Source: a virus (taxonomy: Duplodnaviria; Caudoviricetes). From it: a stretch of 64,000 nucleotides of DNA. The stretch lies in IMG/VR virus record IMGVR_UViG_3300025674_000014. One strand, written 5' to 3'. The translations under genes and the position numbers were made by a program. Positions 36,522 to 45,919 of this stretch are shown here, one piece after another (position 1 is the first letter of the stretch; each line of letters begins with the position of its first letter). The notes beneath the pieces are model-generated. The model saw only the letters and a list, made by a program, of their open reading frames with translations. It had not been told where the DNA came from and ran no database searches.

Positions 36522-37318
36522 ATAAAATCTAGAATAAAGTTTTTAACTGTGTAATTATTAATCGCTAAATCATAAGTCTTTTCCACCATATCATGATAAG
36601 ACTCATAGTTGTTTAAAATTTCGTCTAAACGTTCTTTTAATTTACCTTCCTCAAAAGTAACAAAATGTTCATCCTTTACAAACCAAGGGTCCATATAATT
36701 ACTAAATTTTTCGCAACATAATATTAAACTCTTATTAAACGCTGCTTCAAATGATCTGCTCTTTAACTGAGCATAAGCTCGGGTGGAGTTATGAGTTACA
36801 GTTACCTTGGACTCGCTTATCAACTGCAATTTTTGTTTATATGTAACATTTGTATGTGTACCTCTAGAAAAAGAAGCTAGCACATACTTACCGTAACTCA
36901 TACCTCCTAAAGTGTTAAAGATTTCCGGTACCGGTGGTGTATTATTGTGATTACCAGTATAACAGGCATCATAAATTTTTTCTGATGGAGCTAAAATCTT
37001 TTCTGGTAAATATTTTTCGTTCAAAGGAAAGTAAACATATTTTCTATTAGGCTTCTTTTCAGCAGCAGTTTTACTAATAGTAAGCATCTCATTACAATAA
37101 GGTGCAATAAGAGTTTCCGTACCATCTAAATCATCATATACCTCTTCAAAATGACAGCAAATTTTTTTACCAGTAACATTTGAATTTTTCATTGCGTCCC
37201 AATCACACCCAATGTAAACGTGAATATCATCAGAAACCAAATCCTTATATTGTTCAAAATCCCAATATCTTAAAGGGTCTTCCCAATAATTTTTATTTAA
37301 ATTGTTATGTACTATCAT
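36515..37318 (-). CDS. GT-B glycosyltransferase (Glyco_trans_1_2/CgeB-like)
   Basis: C-terminal SKVTVTHN...KSRSFEAAF...WFVKDEHFVTF pattern. Confidence 0.65.
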   Translation of the reverse strand: MIVHNNLNKNYWEDPLRYWDFEQYKDLVSDDIHVYIGCDWDAMKNSNVTGKKICCHFEEVYDDLDGTETLIAPYCNEMLTISKTAAEKKPNRKYVYFPLNEKYLPEKILAPSEKIYDACYTGNHNNTPPVPEIFNTLGGMSYGKYVLASFSRGTHTNVTYKQKLQLISESKVTVTHNSTRAYAQLKSRSFEAAFNKSLILCCEKFSNYMDPWFVKDEHFVTFEEGKLKERLDEILNNYESYHDMVEKTYDLAINNYTVKNFILDFIC

Positions 37319-37950
37319 AATGGGTACACTATTACATATCCTTGATCTCTATAAACCTTTTTAAAGTCATGTGTCTTACCAAAAGTTTCATATAACATTG
37401 AAAGATCTCTTCCATCAGGGTTAATATCATTTAAAGTTATGTTATGTCCGTGAGCTTTACAATGCTCATCAAAAGAAGGTCTCTTTTTGTCCTCCCCGGC
37501 CTTTATTGATTCGTAAACCCATAAATCATCACAAATCAAAACATCTTTATACTTACCTAACCTTTTTGATATTAGATTTATTTCATCTTCTAAAGGTAAA
37601 TTTAAATTAAAATCTAATTTTTTAATTTCATCATATGATTTTAATTTAGCATCTGCACCAGGAAAATGAGCATCTAACCAAAATAAAATATTACTATCAA
37701 TAGTAGGTAAAATTTCTTCTAATACAGAGGTTGAATGACCTGTAATTATTTCTACTCTCGATTCATTTCTGAATCTATGTCTAGCTTTTTCTGCTACCGT
37801 TGGTTCTATTTCTATAGATATGATTCTATCAAAGTCATATCTTAATGCTTGAACAATTCCATCTCCATATAAAGTACCGGTTTCAATAAACACAGATGCT
37901 TTATTAAGTTGTATTAGTTCATTTAAATTAAAAATTGTTAAATTACCCAT
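37315..37950 (-). CDS. SAM-dependent methyltransferase
   Basis: FIETGTLYGDG, ISIEI, GHST, LFWLDAHF, LICDD. Confidence 0.75.
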   Translation of the reverse strand: MGNLTIFNLNELIQLNKASVFIETGTLYGDGIVQALRYDFDRIISIEIEPTVAEKARHRFRNESRVEIITGHSTSVLEEILPTIDSNILFWLDAHFPGADAKLKSYDEIKKLDFNLNLPLEDEINLISKRLGKYKDVLICDDLWVYESIKAGEDKKRPSFDEHCKAHGHNITLNDINPDGRDLSMLYETFGKTHDFKKVYRDQGYVIVYPL

Positions 37951-37951
37951 T

Positions 37952-38644
37952 TTACCATTCAGTTAATTCCCATTTTACATTTTTAGGAATATGTTTTATT
38001 ACATTAAAATTAGCAGGATTAAACCTACTATATAATTTAAATTTAGATGCTTTAAGGTCAAGTTTTTCCATCAAATACATAAAAGATGTATCGACCATAT
38101 AAATTTCAGATGCATTTTCTAATACTTTACACCAATCAAATAAGTTGTAGTTAGGTAATACTTTTACATCGATAATTTTTTTATTAGTTTCAACATTAAT
38201 TTGTCTTGCTGAATATTGAGGAGGAGAACCCACATTACAACTTCTTAAAATATATTCTTCATTATTAGGATTTAACTCATTATATAATTTTTCTTCTCTT
38301 TCATAATTTCTGAAAAAATCAAAATAATCTAATGCATCACTAGAATCAATGTTAGCTAAATCATATTTAGCTTGCATAGTATTATTATCATATTGAGGTT
38401 TGCCTACATCGGCATCTCTTAAATTTAAAATTTGTTTTTTATCATCTTGATCAACAAAATCATTAAATGAAGTAAATTTAAGTTTTGGAATTTTTATATA
38501 ATCTTTTATATAAGAGAACTCGTCTATCACCGGCCATTCAATTGTTTTAACATTTTTATCAAAGAAAGATATATAGTAAGCTATTTTTAAGCAATAAAAA
38601 ATATCACCTATACCAGCTGGTTGAAATATAATTACAGTTTCCAT
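37952..38644 (-). CDS. GT9-like glycosyltransferase-related protein
   Basis: QPAGIGDIFY N-terminus and ENASEIYMVDTSFMYL. Confidence 0.5.
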   Translation of the reverse strand: METVIIFQPAGIGDIFYCLKIAYYISFFDKNVKTIEWPVIDEFSYIKDYIKIPKLKFTSFNDFVDQDDKKQILNLRDADVGKPQYDNNTMQAKYDLANIDSSDALDYFDFFRNYEREEKLYNELNPNNEEYILRSCNVGSPPQYSARQINVETNKKIIDVKVLPNYNLFDWCKVLENASEIYMVDTSFMYLMEKLDLKASKFKLYSRFNPANFNVIKHIPKNVKWELTEW

Positions 38645-39459
38645 GAAAAACTATATTCCTTTACTTGTTCATAAGACATAGCTCTCATTTCTTCTAACAC
38701 TTGTCTATTTGTTTCCATGTACTTACACATTGCAGTACCTCTTTTTGCTCCTTCATGTACCATATGAAAGATAGGATCACCGTCATCTATAAATTTTACC
38801 GGGTTACCAAACTTAGCAAATCTTTCACGAGTTTCATCATCCTCAAAACCCCAGCCTTTAAATTTAGGATTAAATCCATTCATTGAAATAAAAGTATTTT
38901 TATTACCAGCTAACCCACCACCAGGACCACCCATATTATTACGTCTGAAAAGATTATTTTCATAAACATGGAAATTTTGATACTCATTCAAATATGTATT
39001 ATAGTCTAAAGTTTCTTTAAACTTTTCTATTAACGGTACTTTTACATCAATAAAATTAGGACCGGAAGGAATAAGAATCTTATTTTCGTTATTAATAAGA
39101 TCATAAGCTTTAACTATATCTTGTGGGTTAAAAATAGTATCAACATCATTAAAGAAAATAGTATCATATGAAGCATATTTTAACCCAAAGTTATATGCTG
39201 TCATTTTATTCCAATACTCTGTATCTTCTAATAATCTATGATGAAATATATTTTCATTACGGAAGATAGGTAAAGGTTTAAGATTATCTCTTTGCTCTTT
39301 ATCTATATATTGCTGAAGTACTAAGATTTCTAAATCAGTATAATTTTTTAAAAGATAATGAAGTAGAATATTTAAATTACGTTCTCTATCGTCATGATCT
39401 TTTTGATAAAAAATACAGAATGTAGATTTGATAGGAATCATGCCTTTATAATAGTCCAA
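38632..39459 (-). CDS. GT-A glycosyltransferase with a Glyco_transf_7C-like region
   Basis: RERNL, WNKMTAYNFG, FNDVD, GFNPKFKGWGFEDDE, FHMVH. Confidence 0.8.
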   Translation of the reverse strand: MDYYKGMIPIKSTFCIFYQKDHDDRERNLNILLHYLLKNYTDLEILVLQQYIDKEQRDNLKPLPIFRNENIFHHRLLEDTEYWNKMTAYNFGLKYASYDTIFFNDVDTIFNPQDIVKAYDLINNENKILIPSGPNFIDVKVPLIEKFKETLDYNTYLNEYQNFHVYENNLFRRNNMGGPGGGLAGNKNTFISMNGFNPKFKGWGFEDDETRERFAKFGNPVKFIDDGDPIFHMVHEGAKRGTAMCKYMETNRQVLEEMRAMSYEQVKEYSFSWKL

Positions 39460-40223
39460 TTATCATCAAGTAAATCTTTATACTCTGGACCTTTTGGTCC
39501 AAACCAAGGTACCGGGGCTATTACTTTTTCTTTCTTTTTACCAAGATAACTTGACCATGCAGCAAAAGTACTATTACCCATAATAATAGAATCGCAACAA
39601 CTTAATGTATAAAAATCTTCTAACTCACTCTCACCATTCACGTAAATGTTATTATCATCAAATTTAAACTCTTTTGATACGGTTGCAAAGTCATCAGTTG
39701 CATATATGAAAACGTGATCTTTAAACATGTTTTTAGCTTTATCGTAAAAGCTTTTAGGAATGGAAGGGTGGATGTCAGGGTTATGAGTATAATCACCTCT
39801 TCTAACATGCACACCTACAACCTTTTTACCCGTTTTTTCTCTTAACTGATTAATTTTGTTTTCTATAGGAGAATATTTTTCTTCATCAAAACAAAACCAA
39901 TCATTAAGCTCATCTCTATACTTTGCAAAGTATTTGGGAGACTGATAATAACCTTCGTAAACAATGTTTTCATCTGTTTTTTCTATTTCGTTATATGTAA
40001 ATTGTGGTTCTTGTAAAAGTTTAAAGTCATCAGTTATTTTGCCGGTTTTAAAATTCTTATAAAAGTTATCTTTATACATTACCGGGTGTTTACCTTGACC
40101 ACAACCAAATCTTGCACTATAATCAATAAAGAACTCCTCATCATTATCTTTACAGTAAGCATTAATTGCAGCTATTTGATAAAGCTGATTACCTAAACCT
40201 CCTTTTAATAAAATAGTTTTCAT
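39438..40223 (-). CDS. GT11 alpha-1,2-fucosyltransferase-like
   Basis: GGLGNQLYQ, EGYYQS, GVHVRRGDY, NSTFAAW, APVPWF. Confidence 0.88.
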   Translation of the reverse strand: MKTILLKGGLGNQLYQIAAINAYCKDNDEEFFIDYSARFGCGQGKHPVMYKDNFYKNFKTGKITDDFKLLQEPQFTYNEIEKTDENIVYEGYYQSPKYFAKYRDELNDWFCFDEEKYSPIENKINQLREKTGKKVVGVHVRRGDYTHNPDIHPSIPKSFYDKAKNMFKDHVFIYATDDFATVSKEFKFDDNNIYVNGESELEDFYTLSCCDSIIMGNSTFAAWSSYLGKKKEKVIAPVPWFGPKGPEYKDLLDDNWTIIKA

Positions 40224-41044
40224 TCAAATAAAAATTTATAATTTTCGAATATCCAATCTTCTGGTACCCTAAACTGTTCCACCTTGCTATAATTTTCTTC
40301 AACAGCAGAAAGACGCATATTGTAATCATCTTCTGACATATTACTTAAAACAAGATCAATATCATTTAATGAGTTAAAATAAATGATACCATTTTTGTTG
40401 AAAAATTTATTTACTGAATCTTTATCACCATAATAGATAGGAATAGTTTTTGTTGCAAAACAATCTAATAATTTTTCAGTCCAATAACCAGGTAAGATAG
40501 CATTTTCAATTGTAACTGAATACCTGTAATCATTAAGACCGTCTTCTTTATTTTCAAGCCTGTTAAGAACATATTCACCAAAACAATCCATTTGCTCACC
40601 ATTATAATCTATTACTTGGTGACGTAAACGATGACCTTCAGTCATTGCTTTTTCTGAAGCAAAGATACTGCACATTTTTGTTTTAGGTTTATCTACATAA
40701 TTTTTAATCCAACATCTACCATGAGGGTAATAAAGATAATTTTCACCTCTATCTATAAGATTTTGATCAAAGGTTAATACAAAGTCAAACAGTTTGTTAT
40801 TTTTTTCAATCCATGCATATGAATGAGGATGAATGCTTCTTGGTTCTAATATCCAAGCTACCTTTCTTTTTACACCTGAAGCCTTCTTTACGTCTTCAAG
40901 ACACATGTCAGTAATAAAACATACATCACTAACAGGTACGTTGTCTCTAACCCACTCAATGTATTTGCTTGGGGTATTAGCGCAAGATGATATATCGTGA
41001 CCAAAATTTCTATCTCTAATATTAACCTTCATTACATTTTCCAA
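40220..41044 (-). CDS. GT10 alpha-1,3/4-fucosyltransferase-like
   Basis: YRYSVTIEN...GYWTEKLLDCF...PIYYG motif. Confidence 0.8.
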   Translation of the reverse strand: MENVMKVNIRDRNFGHDISSCANTPSKYIEWVRDNVPVSDVCFITDMCLEDVKKASGVKRKVAWILEPRSIHPHSYAWIEKNNKLFDFVLTFDQNLIDRGENYLYYPHGRCWIKNYVDKPKTKMCSIFASEKAMTEGHRLRHQVIDYNGEQMDCFGEYVLNRLENKEDGLNDYRYSVTIENAILPGYWTEKLLDCFATKTIPIYYGDKDSVNKFFNKNGIIYFNSLNDIDLVLSNMSEDDYNMRLSAVEENYSKVEQFRVPEDWIFENYKFLFE

Positions 41045-41835
41045 GTGTTGCTGTATAGGTAGAGAAGTTTACTATCTATCTTTTCTACAAAGTTACATAA
41101 ATTGTTATTCTGTTTATAATATGGGTTAGTTTCTCTTTCAGCACTCTCATGATTAATATGAAACAGAGGCTTAAAGTCTCCCGTAAGTCTACATACCGTA
41201 TAACCCATTTTATTAAAACGAGCTAAAGTTTCGTTATCCTCATATCCCCAACCTAAGAAGTTAGGGTTAAAACCATTACAGTTAAAAATATTTCTTTTCT
41301 TAGTGACAAACCCACCACCAGGTGTACTTGTATGTCCTATATGAATTTTATCGTTTTGAAAATTAATTTGATTGTAATGATTAGGGTCTATTTGATCGCA
41401 AAGATAACCGTAATCTAAATTATCGATAAATTTATCTCTTACCCCTTCTTTTACACAAACAAAATGACCGTCGTTAGGTAAAATAATTTTCTTATTATCT
41501 TTAGTTAAAATATCTAAAGTTTCATTTATATGTTCAGGTCCAAAAATTACATCTACGTCATTAAAGATAAGATTTTCATAAAATGAATCTTTAACCCCTT
41601 CATTATAACCTTTCATTTTATTCCATGTATCTTGTAGATCAGGAAGTACTATATGTTTAAGGTTTTCATAAGAAGAGAAGTCTATATTACTTTCTAAATG
41701 TTTTTGTTCAGAAACTATAAACTCGAAATTTTCGTAATGTTTGTAGTAAAAGTTTAAAAGAGTTTTTAAATTTAACTCCCTATCTTCACTATCTTTACGA
41801 TAGAATACAATTACAGATGCATTTAAGTTAGTCAT
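41032..41835 (-). CDS. GT-A glycosyltransferase with a Glyco_transf_7C-like region (paralogue)
   Basis: DRELNL, WNKMKGYNEG, FNDVD, GFNPNFLGWGYEDNE, FHINH. Confidence 0.8.
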   Translation of the reverse strand: MTNLNASVIVFYRKDSEDRELNLKTLLNFYYKHYENFEFIVSEQKHLESNIDFSSYENLKHIVLPDLQDTWNKMKGYNEGVKDSFYENLIFNDVDVIFGPEHINETLDILTKDNKKIILPNDGHFVCVKEGVRDKFIDNLDYGYLCDQIDPNHYNQINFQNDKIHIGHTSTPGGGFVTKKRNIFNCNGFNPNFLGWGYEDNETLARFNKMGYTVCRLTGDFKPLFHINHESAERETNPYYKQNNNLCNFVEKIDSKLLYLYSNTWKM

Positions 41836-42053
41836 CAGTCAAACAAATCAGTAAAGAAACCTTTTCTTGGAATATCTTCTTTGTTCTTATCTGCTCTATC
41901 TTTTGCAACTTTTAGTTCTCTTTCAGTAAACAAAAGACAAAATTCATCATTAGATTGATTTTCAACCCAAATAGCAAGATATTCAGGATTAGCACCGAAT
42001 TTTCTTTCCTTGTTATCTACTCTGATAATTTTACCTGCTTTAACTTTGGTCAT
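41835..42053 (-). CDS. Hypothetical protein
   Basis: 72 aa ORF; TGGACA-N16-TAAAAT ends 6 nt upstream. Confidence 0.55.
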   Translation of the reverse strand: MTKVKAGKIIRVDNKERKFGANPEYLAIWVENQSNDEFCLLFTERELKVAKDRADKNKEDIPRKGFFTDLFD

Positions 42054-42080
42054 TATTGTATTTTAGATTAAATACTTAAA

Positions 42081-42986
42081 ATGTCCACAGGAAACGACAA
42101 TTTCATTACGTTAGATAACATAGCGGAAATACAAGATATAGTCAATGGTGATTATATGTTTACTATTTCAAATGGAGTTATCTATAAATTAGATTTTCAA
42201 AATTTTATTATTAGTAAAGAAAATACCGATTTCTTTACGACAATAGATACATTATCTGCCCAGGTTGTAACTAATACCCAATCATTATGTTCTATAAATG
42301 CATATATTAACGATACAGTTAAACCTAATTTTGGTAAATTAGATTCAATTTATAATACTATAAACTCATTAAGTGGTAATTGGGAATCAACATACACTAC
42401 AATTAACTCTTTAAGTGCTCAAGCATTCTTACCTATAAGTACCGATTCTAATAATATACAAGCAGGTAGTATGGTATATTATGATGGTAGTAATTCAAGT
42501 TTTGTTACATTAGCGCCTGGTGGGATAGGAGAAATTTTAAATATACAAAGTAATGGTTTACCAGGGTTCTTAGATGTAGCAGAATCAAATATAGGGGCTA
42601 CTGTATTAACTACAGGTAGACATGAAATAACTCCAAATTTTAACGCCGGTGGAGAATATAATGTTACAGAAACATTTACCGTATTTTCATCTGATTCGAA
42701 ATCATATAAAAATGTAAGAATAGCAACTAACGTAAATACAGTAGAAGATGTATTTAGAAGTCAAATAGCAGGTAGAAGTGAAAAAAGAATAAGAACACAA
42801 GAAGTTACTTTAAGTGTTAATGGGACAAATATACCAACAACGAATGGTGTTGGGGTAATAGAATTATTAAACCCAAGTGAATCTATATTTATTACTTTTA
42901 AAAGTAGAGGTATAAGATCTAACTACAAATCTCTTCAATTTAATTTAAATTACAGTATTACTGGATTTGAACAAGTAAATAGTTAA
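42081..42986 (+). CDS. Probable fibre/structural protein
   Basis: TTAAATA 6 nt upstream; coiled-coil repeats TLSAQ / NSLSGNWESTYTTINSLSAQ; LAPGGIGEILNIQSNGLP fibre-like motif. Confidence 0.55.
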   Translation: MSTGNDNFITLDNIAEIQDIVNGDYMFTISNGVIYKLDFQNFIISKENTDFFTTIDTLSAQVVTNTQSLCSINAYINDTVKPNFGKLDSIYNTINSLSGNWESTYTTINSLSAQAFLPISTDSNNIQAGSMVYYDGSNSSFVTLAPGGIGEILNIQSNGLPGFLDVAESNIGATVLTTGRHEITPNFNAGGEYNVTETFTVFSSDSKSYKNVRIATNVNTVEDVFRSQIAGRSEKRIRTQEVTLSVNGTNIPTTNGVGVIELLNPSESIFITFKSRGIRSNYKSLQFNLNYSITGFEQVNS

Positions 42987-43735
42987 CGTCTATTCTTAGT
43001 GTTTTGAATTTGGCGCATCAGTTCTTCTGCTTGCGCCTTTTCTTTGTTCATTTCACGTTGTTGATCGCGAAGAATTTGTTCCATATCAAGAACTTCTTCA
43101 CCTAAAATAGAGCTGCTATTTTCACCTAACAGGTCGCCTTCAGCATCAATGTATTGTCTCATCATATGTAAACGCTGTTCACGGTTACCGAATACTTCTA
43201 CAATAGCAGGACACTCTTCATTAGGTAGAAAAGGTGAAGCTTTTTGTCCTTCTAAATATTGTCGTTCAATACCTTTGAAAATATTATCAATTTCAGTGAT
43301 AAACTCTTCATCAGTATCTCTTAAATCATCTTCAACAATTTTTATTGGAGCAGCTTTAGTAATAGGTATGAAAAATATTACATCTAAAAATCTTAAACTC
43401 TCTCTTACTACAGGTATGCATTTCTTTATAAAATCTCTATCAAGGTCGCTATTATCTTTTTCATGAGCCCAAAGAGAATATACCATGTTATCAAGAGGGC
43501 AGCGATCAAAAATAACTTTATCACCCTTTGAATATTGTTGAAGCGTATCGACCATAAAATTAAGGATGTCCCACTGCGTATCCTTCGTTGTCTCTTTGCT
43601 GTGTGGTAAGTTGTTTTCTGTAAGGTAGTCACGGTATGTTTTTTCAGGAGTGGTATACATATCCCACTCTTTTAAAAAGTCTTTTATCAATGTCGATTTT
43701 CCTTGACAAGCTGTTCCTGAAATTGCTATACGCAT
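42983..43735 (-). CDS. P-loop nucleotide kinase/ATPase (AAA_28/NadR-like)
   Basis: RIAISGTACQGKSTL and IFDRCPLD. Confidence 0.75.
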   Translation of the reverse strand: MRIAISGTACQGKSTLIKDFLKEWDMYTTPEKTYRDYLTENNLPHSKETTKDTQWDILNFMVDTLQQYSKGDKVIFDRCPLDNMVYSLWAHEKDNSDLDRDFIKKCIPVVRESLRFLDVIFFIPITKAAPIKIVEDDLRDTDEEFITEIDNIFKGIERQYLEGQKASPFLPNEECPAIVEVFGNREQRLHMMRQYIDAEGDLLGENSSSILGEEVLDMEQILRDQQREMNKEKAQAEELMRQIQNTKNRR

Positions 43736-43750
43736 AATAACATTTATGAA

Positions 43751-44086
43751 TTATCTAGGAAACTCAATCCGGTCATCTAAATCTTCTCTCTTACCTTCAA
43801 ACTGCATCATTGACATAATATTCCAAGCTGCAGCTGCAAGATGGTCTTCACTAGTATCGCCAGCCCAGAACTGCATCATATGTCTTTGAGCACTATCATA
43901 CAATACTGAGAAAGGTTGACCCTTTAGCCAATTATTCTCTCCATAAGTTTCAGCACCGTCTAGATATCTTTTCATGACTCTATTCATTGCTGTGTGAGGC
44001 ATTAAGCTCATTCGAAGTTTACCCTTACGATCATCACGTTGGGCTCCTGTTGAAAACTGCGTATTGTTATCTGATTGTTTGTTCAT
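43751..44086 (-). CDS. dATP/dGTP diphosphohydrolase (DUF5664-type N-terminal domain)
   Basis: TGAQRD...KLRMSLMP...GAETYGENNWLKG...DSAQRH...DHLAAAAWN; ATG overlaps the thyX stop (ATGA). Confidence 0.8.
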   Translation of the reverse strand: MNKQSDNNTQFSTGAQRDDRKGKLRMSLMPHTAMNRVMKRYLDGAETYGENNWLKGQPFSVLYDSAQRHMMQFWAGDTSEDHLAAAAWNIMSMMQFEGKREDLDDRIEFPR

Positions 44087-44760
44087 TTCCATTCAAGGGC
44101 TTCTGCTACAGTTGGAAACTGCTCATTGAATATATTTTTAATACTCTCCGCAATAAGTCGATGTTCTTTTTGAGTATCTTCTTTTGTTCTTAGATCAATA
44201 TAATGAACCCAAGATCTTACTGAACCTTTCATATAAAGACATGATTGAGTTGCAAGAGGTAGAACTAAACGAGCCTGCTCTCTTGCAACTCCTTCTTTTA
44301 TCAACTTCTCATACGTTTGTACAGCGTGATCAATTGCATATTGAACGACATTATTGATTACTGGTTCGTCAATTACTTGCTCACTACTTTGTCTGTTGGT
44401 CTCCGCTTGTTTCCTCAGTTCGATAGGTTCAATTTCAGTAACTGAGCTATAACGTTGAGAGAACTCTTGGAAGGAAAAACTACGATGTCTAAGAATTTGA
44501 GCTGCTATTGCTCTACTTGTCTTAATCTCAACACACATATCTACCATTTCAAATGGACTCCAATGTTTATGCTTGATAAGATATTTTAACAAACGAGGAG
44601 CAGTCTCCATATTCATTTGATTAGATGGATTGGAAACTCTAGCACAATAAGCAATTAGCTCTTCTGAATTTAAAGATCTCCTACTCCAACGTTCAGATTT
44701 GTTTTGGTTATCTTCAGTAAAAATTTTAGGATCAGTAACAGAAATAAGATTAACTTCCAT
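44083..44760 (-). CDS. thyX: Flavin-dependent thymidylate synthase
   Basis: ARVSNP, HWSPFE, RHRSFSFQEFSQRY signature, ARLVLP, QKEHR. Confidence 0.96.
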   Translation of the reverse strand: MEVNLISVTDPKIFTEDNQNKSERWSRRSLNSEELIAYCARVSNPSNQMNMETAPRLLKYLIKHKHWSPFEMVDMCVEIKTSRAIAAQILRHRSFSFQEFSQRYSSVTEIEPIELRKQAETNRQSSEQVIDEPVINNVVQYAIDHAVQTYEKLIKEGVAREQARLVLPLATQSCLYMKGSVRSWVHYIDLRTKEDTQKEHRLIAESIKNIFNEQFPTVAEALEWK

Positions 44761-44767
44761 ATTTTCT

Positions 44768-44795
44768 ATTATATGGAAGTATCTTTTAAATTCAA
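44768..44795 (-). promoter_or_regulatory. Sigma70-type promoter TTGAAT-N16-TATAAT
   Basis: -10 ends 7 nt before the thyX ATG. Confidence 0.65.
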
Positions 44796-45905
44796 TTATT
44801 GTTTTGGAAGTAATTTATTTTTTAGTAAATAGTCGATAATTAATGGATTACCTACGCTGTTAAAAGCATCATTATATGCTTTATCGGGTGGTACCCCTTG
44901 TCTAAATTTATCAACAAAAATATCTAATATAATATTTGCCAGGTGAGCAGCAGTTGTAATAGGTTTTCTTCTTTTTAGAATATCACTATATTTTGGTATA
45001 CCGGCTGCTTCTTGCTCTCTTGTACTTGAAAGCCCTGTAAAATGACCAGTTTTAGGGTCAATAGATACAGATTGACCGAAAAGATTAGCAACTTGCTGAT
45101 TTAAATTAGTATCTTTATCTCTTGGATATATATAAGTGTTTCTATAGTTTTGTATAGCTCTTTGTTGTTCAATACCAGTTTTTTTATCATATATATCAAG
45201 TTTACCACCAGTACCTTTTATAAACTTACTAGCTGCAGCATAAGGGTTACCTGCTCCTGATCTAGCCCAGTTTTCTGCATTTCTAGCTGCAGTAGCAGCT
45301 TTTCCTAATAAACCTTGTTTACTAAATGGGTCTACAGCTTTAGCGCCATATTCTAATGCTTTACCTAAACCTTTAAAACCTTTTTTGACGAAATTTTTAA
45401 AAGTTGATGGTTGATTAACATTAGGTGTAGGTTGTTGCTGTTGTTGAACAGGTTGAACAGGTTGAGGAGCGGGTGCTGGTTGTGGTGCTGGTTGAGGTTG
45501 TGATGCTGGTGCTGGTGCTGGTGCTGGTAATTGGTTAGGATCTACTACTTCACCTTGTGTTAATTTTTTTCTTTCCGGATTTTCACCTGTACTTCTACCT
45601 GCGGGTTTTGCTCCATATAATGGATCTCCTGAATCAGGATCGGAATATGTAAACTTTACGCTTGGGTCCTGAGGTAAATCATCTTGTATATCGTCGCTTG
45701 AAAAAGATCTAGAATAAGTTTTAGAATCATTATCTTTATCTTCTATCTTTTGAAGTCTATTCCTAGGTTCAATTTCATTATTTTTTTTAAGTGAATTTTT
45801 ATCCTTATCCTTAAATTCGTCATCATCTTCTTTAGTAGGGCCAATATACTTTATTTCACTTAAAGTAACATATTTCTCAAATAAATTGTGAGAGTCTTTA
45901 TCCAC
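44796..45905 (-). CDS. Hypothetical late protein with a Pro/Gln/Ala-rich linker
   Basis: Start reassigned to GTG 45905 (TTAAATA 5 nt upstream), leader MDKDSHNLFEKYVTLSE; PAPAPA tract. Confidence 0.6.
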   Translation of the reverse strand: MDKDSHNLFEKYVTLSEIKYIGPTKEDDDEFKDKDKNSLKKNNEIEPRNRLQKIEDKDNDSKTYSRSFSSDDIQDDLPQDPSVKFTYSDPDSGDPLYGAKPAGRSTGENPERKKLTQGEVVDPNQLPAPAPAPASQPQPAPQPAPAPQPVQPVQQQQQPTPNVNQPSTFKNFVKKGFKGLGKALEYGAKAVDPFSKQGLLGKAATAARNAENWARSGAGNPYAAASKFIKGTGGKLDIYDKKTGIEQQRAIQNYRNTYIYPRDKDTNLNQQVANLFGQSVSIDPKTGHFTGLSSTREQEAAGIPKYSDILKRRKPITTAAHLANIILDIFVDKFRQGVPPDKAYNDAFNSVGNPLIIDYLLKNKLLPKQ

Positions 45906-45919
45906 GTAAATATTTAATC

